Below, in pieces: positions 46,917 through 56,929 of a DNA stretch of 64,000 nt. The DNA is taken from the NCBI GenBank assembly GCA_050015075.1, contig JBEKCB010000005.1, positions 128,001 through 192,000 on the forward strand. Reading direction: 5' to 3'. The first letter of the stretch is position 1; each line of letters opens with the position of its first letter. Below the pieces are notes generated by a model. The model was not told the DNA's origin. It saw only the letters and a program-made list of their open reading frames with translations, and searched no databases. The DNA comes from Candidatus Brocadiia bacterium. Lineage in GTDB: Bacteria > Planctomycetota > Brocadiia > CAIUPP01. The position numbers and the translations under genes are program-made.

Positions 46917-46920
46917 GCCG

Positions 46921-48168
46921 TTATTCCACCCGCGAACGGAATTCGCCGCGATGGAGCCGGGTGCGGACGAGGTCGCCGGGGCGCAGTTCGGCGGCGTCGC
47001 GGACTGCCGCGCCCTGCGGCTCGCGGAGCGTGATGCTGTAGCCGCGCCGCAGCACGGCGTACGGGCTGAGCGACTCGAGCCGCCCCGAAAGCGCGCTCAA
47101 GCGCACGCCCTGGACCTCCAGCGCGCGCCGCCCGTCGCGGACGAGCCGCTGGCAGAGTTCGTCCACCTGCTGCTCGCGCGCGCGGATGCGCTCGTCGAAC
47201 CGGCGCGGCTCGCAGCGTTGCGCCAGCCCGGCCAGCCGTTCCCGCGCCGACGCCGCGCTCGCGGTCAGCGCCCGGCCCAACCGCCGGCGCAGGGAATCAA
47301 GGTCCTCCGCCAATTCCCCGGCGTCCGGCACCACCTGGTTGGCGGCATCCGTCGGCGTCAACGCCCGGAGATCGGCGACGAAGTCCGAAATCGTGAAATC
47401 GGTCTCGTGGCCGACCGCGGAGATGACAGGAATCCGCGAGCGCGCGATCGCCCTCGCCACGACCTCCTCGTTGAACGGCCACAGGTCCTCGAGGCTGCCG
47501 CCGCCGCGGCCGACGATCATCACTTCGACATCGGCGAGCCGGTTGACGAGCGCGATTCCCTCGGCGATCTCGCCGGCCGCCTCGTCGCCCTGGACGCGCA
47601 CCGGGCAGATGATGACGCGCGTGGACGGGCAGCGGCGGCGGATGACGCGCAGCATGTCGCGGATCGCCGCGCCGGTCGGCGAGGTGACCAGCGCCACGGC
47701 GCGCGGGAACATCGGGATCGGCCGCTTCCGCGCCGGATCGAACAGGCCCTCTTTCTCCAGCCGCTCCTTCATCTGCAGGAAGGCCAGTTGCAGCGCGCCC
47801 ACGCCCAGCGGCTCGATCCGCCGCACGGAAATCTGGTACTGGCCGCGCGGCTCGTACACGGTCACTTCACCCTGCGCCAGGACGGAGAGGCCCTCGGCCA
47901 TCTTGAACTTCAGCGTCTCCGCCAGCGTGCGCCACATCACGGCGGCGATCTGCGCCGATTCGTCCTTGAGCGTGAAGTAGCAATGGCCGGAGGCGGGGAC
48001 GCGCAGGTTGCTGATCTCGCCGGTGAGCCAGACGAGGCCGACGTGCCGTTCGAGCGTCTCGCGGATCTGGCGAGTCAACTGGGAGACGGTGTAGATCGGC
48101 GAGCCGTCGGCCGCCGACCGCGGCGCGGCGGGCGTCGGAGCGCCGGAAGCCGGAAAGAGCGGGGTCAT
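46921..48168 (-). CDS. xseA: Exodeoxyribonuclease VII large subunit
   Basis: GEISN, SGHCYFTLKD, TSPTGAAIRD, RGGGSLEDLW.FN.E, and SAVGHETD. Confidence 0.96.
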   Translation of the reverse strand: MTPLFPASGAPTPAAPRSAADGSPIYTVSQLTRQIRETLERHVGLVWLTGEISNLRVPASGHCYFTLKDESAQIAAVMWRTLAETLKFKMAEGLSVLAQGEVTVYEPRGQYQISVRRIEPLGVGALQLAFLQMKERLEKEGLFDPARKRPIPMFPRAVALVTSPTGAAIRDMLRVIRRRCPSTRVIICPVRVQGDEAAGEIAEGIALVNRLADVEVMIVGRGGGSLEDLWPFNEEVVARAIARSRIPVISAVGHETDFTISDFVADLRALTPTDAANQVVPDAGELAEDLDSLRRRLGRALTASAASARERLAGLAQRCEPRRFDERIRAREQQVDELCQRLVRDGRRALEVQGVRLSALSGRLESLSPYAVLRRGYSITLREPQGAAVRDAAELRPGDLVRTRLHRGEFRSRVE

Positions 48169-48962
48169 GGCTCCTGGTCCTCGCGCAGTTGCAGCCGCTC
48201 GATGGAGCCGGCGCGGCCGGTCGCCGGGTCGAAGGCGACCAGCGCGCCGGAGATGCGGACATCGCCCTTCGCAACGTCGAACGGAAACGGCATCTGCGTC
48301 AGCGCCGCCTTCAGCACGCGGTCGGTCCGGCGGCCGAGGACCGAGTCATACGGCCCGGTCATTCCCAGGTCGCAGATGAACGCCGTGCCCTTGGGCAGCA
48401 CGCGCTCGTCGGCGGTCTGCACGTGCGTGTGCGTGCCGAAGACGCAGGTCACTCGGCCGTCGAGGTGGCAGCCGAGGGTGATCTTCTCGGCGGTGGCCTC
48501 GGCGTGGAAATCCACGAAGATGTTCTGCGTGTGCGGGCCCACCTGCCGCAGCGCCTCGTCGGCGGCGCGGAACGGGTCGTCCGCCGGCTTCATGAAGACC
48601 CGGCCGAGAAGGTCCAGCACGGCGATCTGGACGCCGCCGGGCAGCGTGTAAAGCCCGACTCCGGCGCCGGAGGCGAGCGGCGAGAGATTCAGCGGCCGCA
48701 GCAGCCGCGGCTCGCGCTCGATGAACGGCACGATCTCCTTGCGCTTCCAGACGTGGTCGCCCATCGTCATCACGTCCACTCCGGCCGCGAGGATCTCGCG
48801 GGCGTTGGCGACCGTCAGCCCGGAGCCGCCGGAGGCGTTCTCGACGTTGGCGATGCAGAAATCCACCTGGCGCTTCTGGCGGAGCGCGGCGAGTTTCCGG
48901 GTGAGGATCTCGCGGCCGGGGCTGCCGACCACGTCGCCCAGGAGCAGCGCGCGCATCGTCAT
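48165..48962 (-). CDS. ymdB: YmdB/TIGR00282 metallophosphoesterase
   Basis: GDVVG.PG, NVEN, DFHAEATAEK, GTHTHVQT, and DLGMTGP. Confidence 0.92.
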   Translation of the reverse strand: MTMRALLLGDVVGSPGREILTRKLAALRQKRQVDFCIANVENASGGSGLTVANAREILAAGVDVMTMGDHVWKRKEIVPFIEREPRLLRPLNLSPLASGAGVGLYTLPGGVQIAVLDLLGRVFMKPADDPFRAADEALRQVGPHTQNIFVDFHAEATAEKITLGCHLDGRVTCVFGTHTHVQTADERVLPKGTAFICDLGMTGPYDSVLGRRTDRVLKAALTQMPFPFDVAKGDVRISGALVAFDPATGRAGSIERLQLREDQEP

Positions 48963-49474
48963 TTTTTCCCCTTTCCGGGCCGGCCACGCGCCCGGCGCGC
49001 CGGCGCCAGCCGCGCGCGCAGGTCCGCTTCCACCGCGGCCGAGACCATGCCGGCCACGCGCCCGCCGCCCCGGACGATTTCCTTGATGAACCGCGCGTTG
49101 ATGAACGCGTGCTCCGGCTTCGGCGCGATGAAGACCGTCTCGACCCCGGCGCTGCTGCGGTTGGTGAACGCCATCTGGATTTCGTACTCCAGGTCCGAGA
49201 CGGTCCGGATGCCGCGCAGGACCACGGAGACTTTTTCGGCCTTCGCAAAGTCCACCATCAGGCCGCGGAACGCCTTGACTTCGACGTTCGGGAGATGGCC
49301 GACCTCGCGCCGCATCATCGCCAGGCGCTCGCGCAGCGAGAAGACGCAGGCCTTTTCCGGGTTGTCGCCCACGCCGACGACCAGCCGATCGAAGATTCGG
49401 GCGGCGCGCTCGACCACGTCCAGATGCCCGATCGTCACCGGGTCGAAAGTGCCCGGGTACAATGCCGTGCGCAT
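48959..49474 (-). CDS. coaD: Phosphopantetheine adenylyltransferase
   Basis: YPGTFDPVTIGHLD and RGIR..SD.EYE. Confidence 0.95.
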   Translation of the reverse strand: MRTALYPGTFDPVTIGHLDVVERAARIFDRLVVGVGDNPEKACVFSLRERLAMMRREVGHLPNVEVKAFRGLMVDFAKAEKVSVVLRGIRTVSDLEYEIQMAFTNRSSAGVETVFIAPKPEHAFINARFIKEIVRGGGRVAGMVSAAVEADLRARLAPARRARGRPGKGKK

Positions 49475-49502
49475 AGCCAGTCTCCTGATCTCAACTCAGC
49501 GC

Positions 49503-52256
49503 TCAGATCGGACCTCCGCCACCGCGGAACGGCGGCGGCGCGCCCGGCGGCGTGACGTGGAACGTCACCACCGTCGAGTTGCTGGTGCCCTGGTTGAACT
49601 CGGCGCCGATACTGAACTGCCAGCCTTCCATTTCGCGCGTCACGTAAAGCCCGCTGCCGAGGTTGCGCGGGTTGCGCAATTCGTTCGGCACGGGCTGCGC
49701 CAGGAAATCGTACGACCAGGTCATGTCCACGCGCCATCGGCTGTAACGCGGCTTGTAAGAGAAAGCGATCATGCTGATCGAATGCCAGAACCCGTCCACG
49801 TTCGTCGGGTCGAAGTAGTAATTGTGAATGTAAGAGACTTGCAGCGGCCGCCAGTAGTTGAGCGTCACCGCGCCGTTGGCCGCTTCGAGCCGTTTCCGGT
49901 CAACGTTGTAGTCGTTGTCGGTGGTGGAGAGCGTGATGTTCTCGTTCACGATCCAGCGCGCGCCGGCTTCGATGAAATCGCCTGTGAACGGCGGGATTCC
50001 CTGATCGGCGGAGAGGAAGTCGCCCCGCACGCCGGGGATCGAGGCTCCGTTGATCAGCACGTGATAATTCACGTCGGCCCGGAACAGCTCGACGAGCTTT
50101 CGGCCGGCATCCGTCTGGCGGTAGGTTTGAAGCCGGCTGAGGAGGCCGAACGTGACGAAGTGGGACTTGTCGAGCGAGTCAATCTCGTCGTTCTGGACGT
50201 AGTGCGAGGAGCCCCGGTTGACGTAATAGATGTTTCCGTATTCCACCGTCGGGGTCAGGATATGGCGCAGGCGGTCCACCTCGAAGAGGCTGCTCTGCGT
50301 CTCGTAGGTGCGGTAGAAATTAGAGGCCGCACGCACGCCGTAGGCGGAGGCCACGCGGAGCGACGGGCTTTCGTTGTTCACCTCTTCGTTATAGCCGGTG
50401 AAGTCCTGCCACAGGAACGGCTCCGCGCGGATGCAGCCCAACTGGAGCGGATAGGAGACTTCGTGGGCCGTGTCGAAGCGGTCCACCCATTCCGGAGTGG
50501 CCAGGCCGGTGGCCTGGTCGAACCTCATGCGCATTTCCGCCAGGCCGGAGTGAGTCGTCCACAGCAGCCCCGTATCGCCGATCGGCGTGCCGATGACGTG
50601 GTACCCCACCGAGTCCTGTTCGAGCACGTTCTGGAAATCGTTGATCTGCCTCTGGGTCTGGGCGGTGAACATCGTGGTCCCGGAGACGTGGCTCAGGAAC
50701 GCCTCCGTTTCGCGGTCCTGGTCATCGTCGAGCGCGGGACGGTCGTACGTGTAGAGGAAGCGCCGGTCGCTCAAGTAGCCGAGTTCGAGGTCGGCCTTCC
50801 ATCCATTGCCGAGGTTCTCGCGGTCGCGCCAGGTCACTTCGCCGCGGTTCTCGCGCAGCACGGGCAGGCCGCTGTCGTCCCATTCGTCGTGGTCCTGGAT
50901 GTAGTACACCCGCGCGAAACCGTGGCGCGCATCGTCCTGATAGGGGAACTCCAGTCCGTAGCCGAACCCGCGCGCCGAGAAAGCGTCCGTCCGAAGCGTC
51001 AGCTCGCTCCAATCATTGTGATAAATGCCCAGGTCATACAGGTCCCACTGAAGCCTGGCGAAGCTGCCGAACTGGTAGGCATTGCCCACCTCGGCGCCTT
51101 TGATCAGAAATGTTCCGCCACGGACGTCTTTGGCGATATAGGGCCAGTAGAATACCGGGTAATCTTCAATGTAAAACGTGTCGTCGCTGGAGGATACGAC
51201 CAGACTCCGGAGCGCTCCGGCGGTTTCCGTTTGAGGCTCCGGCCGGGCTTCCGGCGGCGGCGCCGCGGCCTTTTCCGGCTCGCGCGGAGCCTCGGCACCC
51301 AGGAGGACCTGGATCTCCGAACTCTCGACCCTCAGGTGCGGCTCGGCGAGCGTCGAGGTGGTGAGGTAGCCTTTGCCCTCGGTGGTGAAGCGATAGAGGC
51401 TCTGCTCGCGGATGGCTTCTGCGACGAACTGGATCGGAAGCTGGCGCGTCGGCTCGTGGGTGCGGATGCGGGCGGCGACTGCAATGCCCTGCTCGGTGAT
51501 GCCGTCAATATAGAGCGCCTGGCATGTCATGTGGATGTCGTCGCGGCGGAAGTCCACCGAGCCTTCCGCGTAAATGCTCTGCAGTCGAGGCGACCCGTAG
51601 TGCGGCTCGCGGAACTGGATGCGCACGCGCAGGACGTCGGCGAGGAGCGTCATGTCATTGGTGAAGACGGCCGCGTTGCCCAGGAGCGTGACCGTGGCGC
51701 CGGCCTCGCTCAGGTCGGCCACGGTCGTGCGTTCCGCGGAGGGATGCAACTGTCCGAGCAGCCCGGTTGCGGCGCCTGCCGCCGCGCCGGCCGCCGCGTC
51801 GCCGTGCAGGGTCATGGCCCGGAGGCGGAACGGATCCGCCGCGGGCGGCTCGCCGGAGATGACTTGCAGGCCGCTCAACACCAGGCCTCCGGAGGCGGCC
51901 ATCCGGATCAGTCCGGGCGCCTCCCAGGGGATTGGCTTGCCGTCCTCCAGAAGCACCGTCCCCTTTTCACCGTACACTTCGAGGACGCCGGCCTTGCCGC
52001 CGGCCTGCGCGGATTCGCTGAGCCACACCCACAGGCGCGGAGAGGTGATGTGGGAATTTCCCTGGTAGAGGTTCACGTTCCCCTGGAGGTCCAGGAGCGT
52101 TTTCCCGTCCTGCTGCCATCGGAGCACGTTGGCCGCCGAGATGCCGACCGGGCTTTTCCCGTCGCCGAACGGCCGGCGCGGCGCCTCGACCGCGTCGGCC
52201 CAGGCCGCCGCGGCCGCGAACAGCAGGCAAAAAGACAACGTCGCAACCGTCCGCAT
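49503..52256 (-). CDS. LptD/OstA-like outer-membrane beta-barrel protein
   Basis: Signal peptide, OstA-like jellyroll segments, PVFYWPY, LGYLSDR.FL, and LRHILTP; alternating aromatic beta strands. Confidence 0.7.
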   Translation of the reverse strand: MRTVATLSFCLLFAAAAAWADAVEAPRRPFGDGKSPVGISAANVLRWQQDGKTLLDLQGNVNLYQGNSHITSPRLWVWLSESAQAGGKAGVLEVYGEKGTVLLEDGKPIPWEAPGLIRMAASGGLVLSGLQVISGEPPAADPFRLRAMTLHGDAAAGAAAGAATGLLGQLHPSAERTTVADLSEAGATVTLLGNAAVFTNDMTLLADVLRVRIQFREPHYGSPRLQSIYAEGSVDFRRDDIHMTCQALYIDGITEQGIAVAARIRTHEPTRQLPIQFVAEAIREQSLYRFTTEGKGYLTTSTLAEPHLRVESSEIQVLLGAEAPREPEKAAAPPPEARPEPQTETAGALRSLVVSSSDDTFYIEDYPVFYWPYIAKDVRGGTFLIKGAEVGNAYQFGSFARLQWDLYDLGIYHNDWSELTLRTDAFSARGFGYGLEFPYQDDARHGFARVYYIQDHDEWDDSGLPVLRENRGEVTWRDRENLGNGWKADLELGYLSDRRFLYTYDRPALDDDQDRETEAFLSHVSGTTMFTAQTQRQINDFQNVLEQDSVGYHVIGTPIGDTGLLWTTHSGLAEMRMRFDQATGLATPEWVDRFDTAHEVSYPLQLGCIRAEPFLWQDFTGYNEEVNNESPSLRVASAYGVRAASNFYRTYETQSSLFEVDRLRHILTPTVEYGNIYYVNRGSSHYVQNDEIDSLDKSHFVTFGLLSRLQTYRQTDAGRKLVELFRADVNYHVLINGASIPGVRGDFLSADQGIPPFTGDFIEAGARWIVNENITLSTTDNDYNVDRKRLEAANGAVTLNYWRPLQVSYIHNYYFDPTNVDGFWHSISMIAFSYKPRYSRWRVDMTWSYDFLAQPVPNELRNPRNLGSGLYVTREMEGWQFSIGAEFNQGTSNSTVVTFHVTPPGAPPPFRGGGGPI

Positions 52257-52434
52257 CGGTCAACCCAGTAGTGCCGTCCTGCTTGTTCGTCGCCGAAAAG
52301 GCCGCGTCCGCGTGCGCAAGATGCGAGATTCGCCCATGCCGCGCCGGCTTGCGCCTTGCTGAAGAGCGTCTCGCGCGACGAGTCCGGCTTCTTCGACAGC
52401 CTGGAATCGTTTTCGAGAAGCGAGGCCCGGCGGC

Positions 52435-53991
52435 TCAGGTTGCCGACTGCCGATTCCCCGGCTGGGCCGCGACCTCCTGCGTCTTTCGTGAGCTGCCGGG
52501 AAGAATCCGGCCCTCGCTGACGGCGTCGAGCAGGGCCTCGACGACGCGCGGATCGAACTGCACGCCCGACGCCTTGTGTACGGTCTGGATCACCTTCTCG
52601 AGCGCCAGGCGGTCGCGGTAAGGGCGGCGCGAGCACATCGCGTCGAAAGCGTCCGCCGCGGCCAGGATCCGCGAGAGGAGCGAGGCCTCCTCGTGCTTCA
52701 ACCCGTCCGGATAGCCCTTGCCGTCCCAGCGCTCGTGATGATGAAGCACGATTTCGGCGATCTCCGCGGCGCCCTCGATGTTCCGGATGATCTCGCTGCC
52801 GAGGCGGGAATGCTTCTTGACGACCTCGAACTCCGCGTCGGTCAGCGGGCCCGCCTTGCGCAGGATGCTTTCGGGCACGCCGATCTTGCCCACGTCATGG
52901 AGGAAGCCGGCCAGCTCGAGCGTGCCGAGATGGGTTTCCCCGAGCTGCATTCTCCTGCCGATTTCCAGCGCGAAGTGAGTCACGCGCTCGGAGTGGCCCA
53001 GCGTGTAATCGTCCTTGGCCTCGATGGCCGCCGCGAGGGCGCGGACGGTGCCGCGGAGCATCTGCCGCAACTGGTCCGAAAGCTGCGTGCGCTGGATGGC
53101 CAGCCCCGCCTGCTTGCCGATCGCTAGCAGCAACTGCAGGTCGCACTTCAGAAACGCCTCCGACTGTCCGACCGAGTCCACGTAAAGGATGCCGATGGCG
53201 CGCTCCGGTGTTTCCACGGGCACGCAGAGCACGGACTGGATGTTCTGCGCGATCACGCTCTCGACCTGTTTCAGGTGTTCATCGAGGAGCGCGTTCGACA
53301 TGAGGACCGAGGTGCGGTTGCGATAACATTCCTCGACGACCGTTGTGCTGAAGCCGCGCGGGACGCCCGGCGCCGCTGAAGTTTCTTTGTGCGCAACGGT
53401 CTCAAGGCTTCCCGCCGGTCCGGCGAGAAGGAGGATGGCGCGGTCGGCCCTGACCACTTTGAGAATTTCGTCGAGGATGCGCTTGTAAAGGGCGTCGAGG
53501 CGCGATTCCGCGCTGAGGAGGTTGCCGATCTGGTAGATGGTCGCCAGGTCGCGCTGGACGCGGCGGTAGTTCTCGATGTTTTCCGCTTCCCCGGTGAGCT
53601 CCATCAGGCTGCTGTCTTCGAGCTTGAGATCCTGCCGGATCTCCTCCACCCGGTCCGGGACCTGGGCGATGAAGTCCGCTTTCATCCGGCGCCGGTCCGG
53701 AGTGCAGCGGAACTCGAACTCGACCGCGCCGATGCGGACGCGGTCGCCGGGATTCAGCCGGCGGCGCTCGATCCGCGCATCGTTGACCCAGGTGCCGTTC
53801 GTGCTGGCGAGGTCGCAGACGAAATAATCCTCGTCCACCTTCTCGATGCAGCAGTGCTGGCGCGAAAGCCCCGAATCCAGGATCTGAATGTCCGCGTCTT
53901 CGCCGCGCCCGAGGACGAGTTTCTGGCCGTCCCCGAGCTGGAACGGCCTCGTGTACACCTGCCCCTTCAGCGCGACCAGTTCTATCTTCAT
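52435..53991 (-). CDS. FHA-GAF-HD-GYP protein (cyclic di-nucleotide phosphodiesterase)
   Basis: FHA GR..SRQH..DLASTNGT, a GAF domain, HDVGKIG, HHERWDGKGYP, and RRPYR. Confidence 0.92.
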   Translation of the reverse strand: MKIELVALKGQVYTRPFQLGDGQKLVLGRGEDADIQILDSGLSRQHCCIEKVDEDYFVCDLASTNGTWVNDARIERRRLNPGDRVRIGAVEFEFRCTPDRRRMKADFIAQVPDRVEEIRQDLKLEDSSLMELTGEAENIENYRRVQRDLATIYQIGNLLSAESRLDALYKRILDEILKVVRADRAILLLAGPAGSLETVAHKETSAAPGVPRGFSTTVVEECYRNRTSVLMSNALLDEHLKQVESVIAQNIQSVLCVPVETPERAIGILYVDSVGQSEAFLKCDLQLLLAIGKQAGLAIQRTQLSDQLRQMLRGTVRALAAAIEAKDDYTLGHSERVTHFALEIGRRMQLGETHLGTLELAGFLHDVGKIGVPESILRKAGPLTDAEFEVVKKHSRLGSEIIRNIEGAAEIAEIVLHHHERWDGKGYPDGLKHEEASLLSRILAAADAFDAMCSRRPYRDRLALEKVIQTVHKASGVQFDPRVVEALLDAVSEGRILPGSSRKTQEVAAQPGNRQSAT

Positions 53992-54049
53992 TGACCTCCG
54001 CCGTCGCAGAAACGGCGGCATTGTATCAGTTTTGCCGGCAGGATTCTAC

Positions 54050-54111
54050 AATCAGCATTCGGCATTCGGCAATCCGCCTTCGCCAAGGCTTCGGCGGACA
54101 AGTCGGCATTC
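54050..54111. repeat. 7-mer tandem tract containing a palindromic element (copy 2)
   Basis: CATTCGGCAATCCGCCTTCGCCAAGGCTTCGGCGGACAAGTCGGCATTC, approximately the reverse complement of 11311-11372. Confidence 0.75.
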
Positions 54112-54889
54112 ACCTGGCCATCCATCCGCCGTCCACGACGAGCAGGTGCCCGTGAACGTACCGCGCGGCGTCGCTGACGAGGAACAGCAGCGGCCCGACC
54201 ATATCCTCCGGCCGGCCCCAGCGCCCGGCGGGAATGCGGTCGCGGATCTTCGGCTCGCGGACCGGGTCGCGCGCGAGCGCCTCGCACATGTCCGTCTCGA
54301 AATACCCCGGCGCGATGGCGTTGACGTTGATGTTCTTCGAGGCCCACTCGTTGGCCAGCGCCTTGGTGATGCCGGCGACGCCGTGCTTGGCCGCCGTGTA
54401 CGCGGGGATCGTCCAGCCGCCCTGGAAGCTCGACAGCGAGGCGATGTTGACGATCTTCCCGCCGCCCTGCCTGACCATCGCGCGCCCGGCCTCCTGGCAC
54501 AGCTCGAAGACCCCGGTCAGCATCAGGCTCAGGATCGTGTCCCACTTCTCGATGGAGAAATCCAGCGAGCGCTCGCGGTGCTGAATGCCCGCGCAGTTCA
54601 CCAGGATGTCCAGCCGCCCGAAACGCTCGATGACTTTCGGGATCACCTGCGACCGCTGCGCGCGGTCGGCCAGGTCCGCCTGGACGTAAAGCAGTTCCGC
54701 GCCGGCGGCGGCCGCTTCCTTCTCGAGTCCGTTCGAGTCCGCATGGCTCGCCGCGACGGCCACCTTCGCCTGCGCGCGCGCCAGCCCGAGCGCCATCGCC
54801 CGCCCCAGCCCGCGCCGCCCGCCGGTCACCAGCGCCACTTTGCCCGCGATATCGAACCAGTCGCGCCGCTCGAATTGAACTGCACTCAT
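54110..54889 (-). CDS. kduD: SDR, 2-deoxy-D-gluconate 3-dehydrogenase-like
   Basis: TGGRRGLG, NIASLSSFQGG, YTAAKHG, NEWA..NINVNAIAPGY, and DGGWMAR. Confidence 0.8.
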   Translation of the reverse strand: MSAVQFERRDWFDIAGKVALVTGGRRGLGRAMALGLARAQAKVAVAASHADSNGLEKEAAAAGAELLYVQADLADRAQRSQVIPKVIERFGRLDILVNCAGIQHRERSLDFSIEKWDTILSLMLTGVFELCQEAGRAMVRQGGGKIVNIASLSSFQGGWTIPAYTAAKHGVAGITKALANEWASKNINVNAIAPGYFETDMCEALARDPVREPKIRDRIPAGRWGRPEDMVGPLLFLVSDAARYVHGHLLVVDGGWMAR

Positions 54890-54913
54890 TCGCGCCCTCC
54901 GATTCCGCTTTGG

Positions 54914-54942
54914 TTGACATTCACCGGCACAGATCATAGCAT
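54914..54942 (+). promoter_or_regulatory. Sigma70-type promoter
   Basis: TTGACA-N17-TAGCAT. Confidence 0.6.
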
Positions 54943-54974
54943 TTTGACGCTGCCTTGGACATCGGAGGAGCCGC

Positions 54975-55406
54975 GTGAAATCTGGAAGTCCGCGTCGTAT
55001 CCAGGCCGGACTTATACTGGTATTCCTGCTCGTGCTGCTTCCTGGGCTTCCACAGATCGCGTCCAAACCCGGCGAGTGGATGCGCGCGATGCCGCAGGAT
55101 GCGATCGTCGCGCGCGACAAGCGCTTCGCCGAACTGCGCCAGGCGCTGCCGAAACACGGCACGGTCGGCTATGTGACCGACGGCCCGCTGGATCGTCCGC
55201 TCGGCGACGGCAGGGTGCACTCCGTTCTGATGATAGCCCAGTACTGCCTGGCGCCTGTGATTCTGGTCAATTCGACCGAGCCGGAGATCATCGTCGGCGA
55301 TTTCTCCAGCGCCGAATCCGGCGCGCAGGTGATCTCCGCGCAACATCTTGTTGTCACCCGCTGGTTCGAAAACGGCGTCTGTCTGCTGCGCAAGGGCGGC
55401 AAGTGA
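54975..55406 (+). CDS. Hypothetical membrane-anchored protein
   Basis: GGAGG RBS, N-terminal TM, RF..LR..LP..G.VGY and AQY.LAP; GTGA overlap with the next gene. Confidence 0.65.
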   Translation: MKSGSPRRIQAGLILVFLLVLLPGLPQIASKPGEWMRAMPQDAIVARDKRFAELRQALPKHGTVGYVTDGPLDRPLGDGRVHSVLMIAQYCLAPVILVNSTEPEIIVGDFSSAESGAQVISAQHLVVTRWFENGVCLLRKGGK

Positions 55407-56833
55407 CTTTGATATCCCTCATCCTTCTGCTGCTTCCGATCCTGGCCGGGATCGTTTTCGTGTCGCTCCTGTGGCCGGACCGGCGATGGCAGTCGGATTT
55501 CGCGCTGAAGGCGTCGCTCAGCGTCGGCATCGGCTACGGCATAATCTCCTGCGTCTTCTTCATCTGGGTGCTCTCGTCCGGGAACGCCCATTATTCCGCT
55601 TACTTTGCGACGGAGTGCGCGCTTGTGATCATCTCGGCCGCCGTAGTGGTCGCGCGCGCAAGGAAGAGGGACGGCCGGCCGCCCTGGCGCCCGGACGCCG
55701 CGTCTTCGCCGGCGCCCCGGACGCGGCTGCTGATCCTGGCGGCGCTCCTGCTCCTGATGTTCAGCCGGATAGCGGCCGGCCTGATCGAGGCCGTCGGCCA
55801 GCCGAGCGGCGACGCGGACGCCTGGAGCACATGGAACCTTCAGGCGCGGTTCCTGTCGCGGGGCGGTCCGAACTGGGTTGATCTTGCCCGGTACAGTTAC
55901 CCGCATCACACCGACTACCCGCTGATGCTGCCGCTCTCGGTGGCGCGAGGCTGGCAGGCCGCCGGAATCGAGACCGCCGCCGTGCCCATCGCCATCGGAA
56001 TATTTTTCACCTTCGGCACGGTCCTTCTGCTGTTTTGGGCCCTGTCGTTCCTGCGCAACCAGGTCCGCGGTTTCGTGGCCGGCGCGATATTGCTGGGCAC
56101 GCCGTTTTTCATTCTGCACGGCGCCCGGCAACTGGCCGACGTGCCGCTGGGCTTTTTCATCCTGGCCGCGACCGTTCTATTCTGTCTTCAGGACAGGCTG
56201 ACCACCCGCGGTTTCGCACTCGTGGTAATGGCCGGCGCAGCGTGCGGCCTGGCCGGATGGACCAAGAATGAAGGGCTGCTGTTCCTGGGATGCATGATCC
56301 TTGCGCGCTGGGCGACCGTCACGCTCAAGCGCGGCTGGAGATCGTGGCTCTCCGAGATGCCCTGGTTTCTGGCAGGCCTGCTCCCGGTGCTGGCGATCGT
56401 CATCTGCTTCAAGGCCCGGTATGCGCCGCCGAATGACCTGCATCTCGGCCAGAACCTCGCCGGTCTTGCAACCCCGTCGCGCTACTGGTACATCGCGAAG
56501 GAATTCGCGCGGCAGGCGCTCACCTTCGGCCATTGGCAGGAATTCGGGCCGGTTCCGCTCAGCCCCGTCCCGCTGCTGGCGGGCTACTGGCTCTGTCGCG
56601 GAATCAGCCTGCGCCATGAGGAAGCCGAAGGAGTGGCCACGTCGTTCCTGGCGCTGATCCTGACCCTCGCAGGCTATTTCTGCGTGTACCTGCTGACCCC
56701 GCTCGACCTCGCAACTCACGTAAGGACTTCGTGCGACCGCCTCTTCCTGCAACTGTGGCCCAGCCTGATCTTCATCTGCTTCATGGCGCTTCCCAGCCCC
56801 GTTGTACAAGCCCAGTCCCTGAAAAGCGACTGA
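55403..56833 (+). CDS. GT-C-like polytopic membrane glycosyltransferase
   Basis: DAWSTWNLQAR, H.DYP, ADVPLG, WTKNEG, and R..LQLWP; many TM helices. Confidence 0.7.
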   Translation: MTLISLILLLLPILAGIVFVSLLWPDRRWQSDFALKASLSVGIGYGIISCVFFIWVLSSGNAHYSAYFATECALVIISAAVVVARARKRDGRPPWRPDAASSPAPRTRLLILAALLLLMFSRIAAGLIEAVGQPSGDADAWSTWNLQARFLSRGGPNWVDLARYSYPHHTDYPLMLPLSVARGWQAAGIETAAVPIAIGIFFTFGTVLLLFWALSFLRNQVRGFVAGAILLGTPFFILHGARQLADVPLGFFILAATVLFCLQDRLTTRGFALVVMAGAACGLAGWTKNEGLLFLGCMILARWATVTLKRGWRSWLSEMPWFLAGLLPVLAIVICFKARYAPPNDLHLGQNLAGLATPSRYWYIAKEFARQALTFGHWQEFGPVPLSPVPLLAGYWLCRGISLRHEEAEGVATSFLALILTLAGYFCVYLLTPLDLATHVRTSCDRLFLQLWPSLIFICFMALPSPVVQAQSLKSD

Positions 56834-56866
56834 TCGCCTATCACCCGAACAAGCTATGCCTCCCGC

Positions 56867-56910
56867 TTGACAGCCGCCGATTCTCAGGCCATAATGTTAG
56901 TGTTATGTTA
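56867..56910 (+). promoter_or_regulatory. dinB promoter with a TGTTA direct-repeat operator candidate
   Basis: TTGACA-N17-CATAAT, then TGTTAGTGTTATGTTA. Confidence 0.6.
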
Positions 56911-56929
56911 TCGGTATAGGCGCAAGAGC

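Noticed and set aside
48189-52271. 1360-aa plus-strand ORF, and similar long ORFs at 4880-6712, 6943-8937, 41268-43181, 58246-60930
   Set aside because: Antisense or off-frame shadows of well-supported genes in high-GC DNA, with no motifs.
53888-56833. 981-aa ORF
   Set aside because: Only 55403-56833 looks coding; the upstream part is antisense to kduD and off-frame to the 54975 gene.
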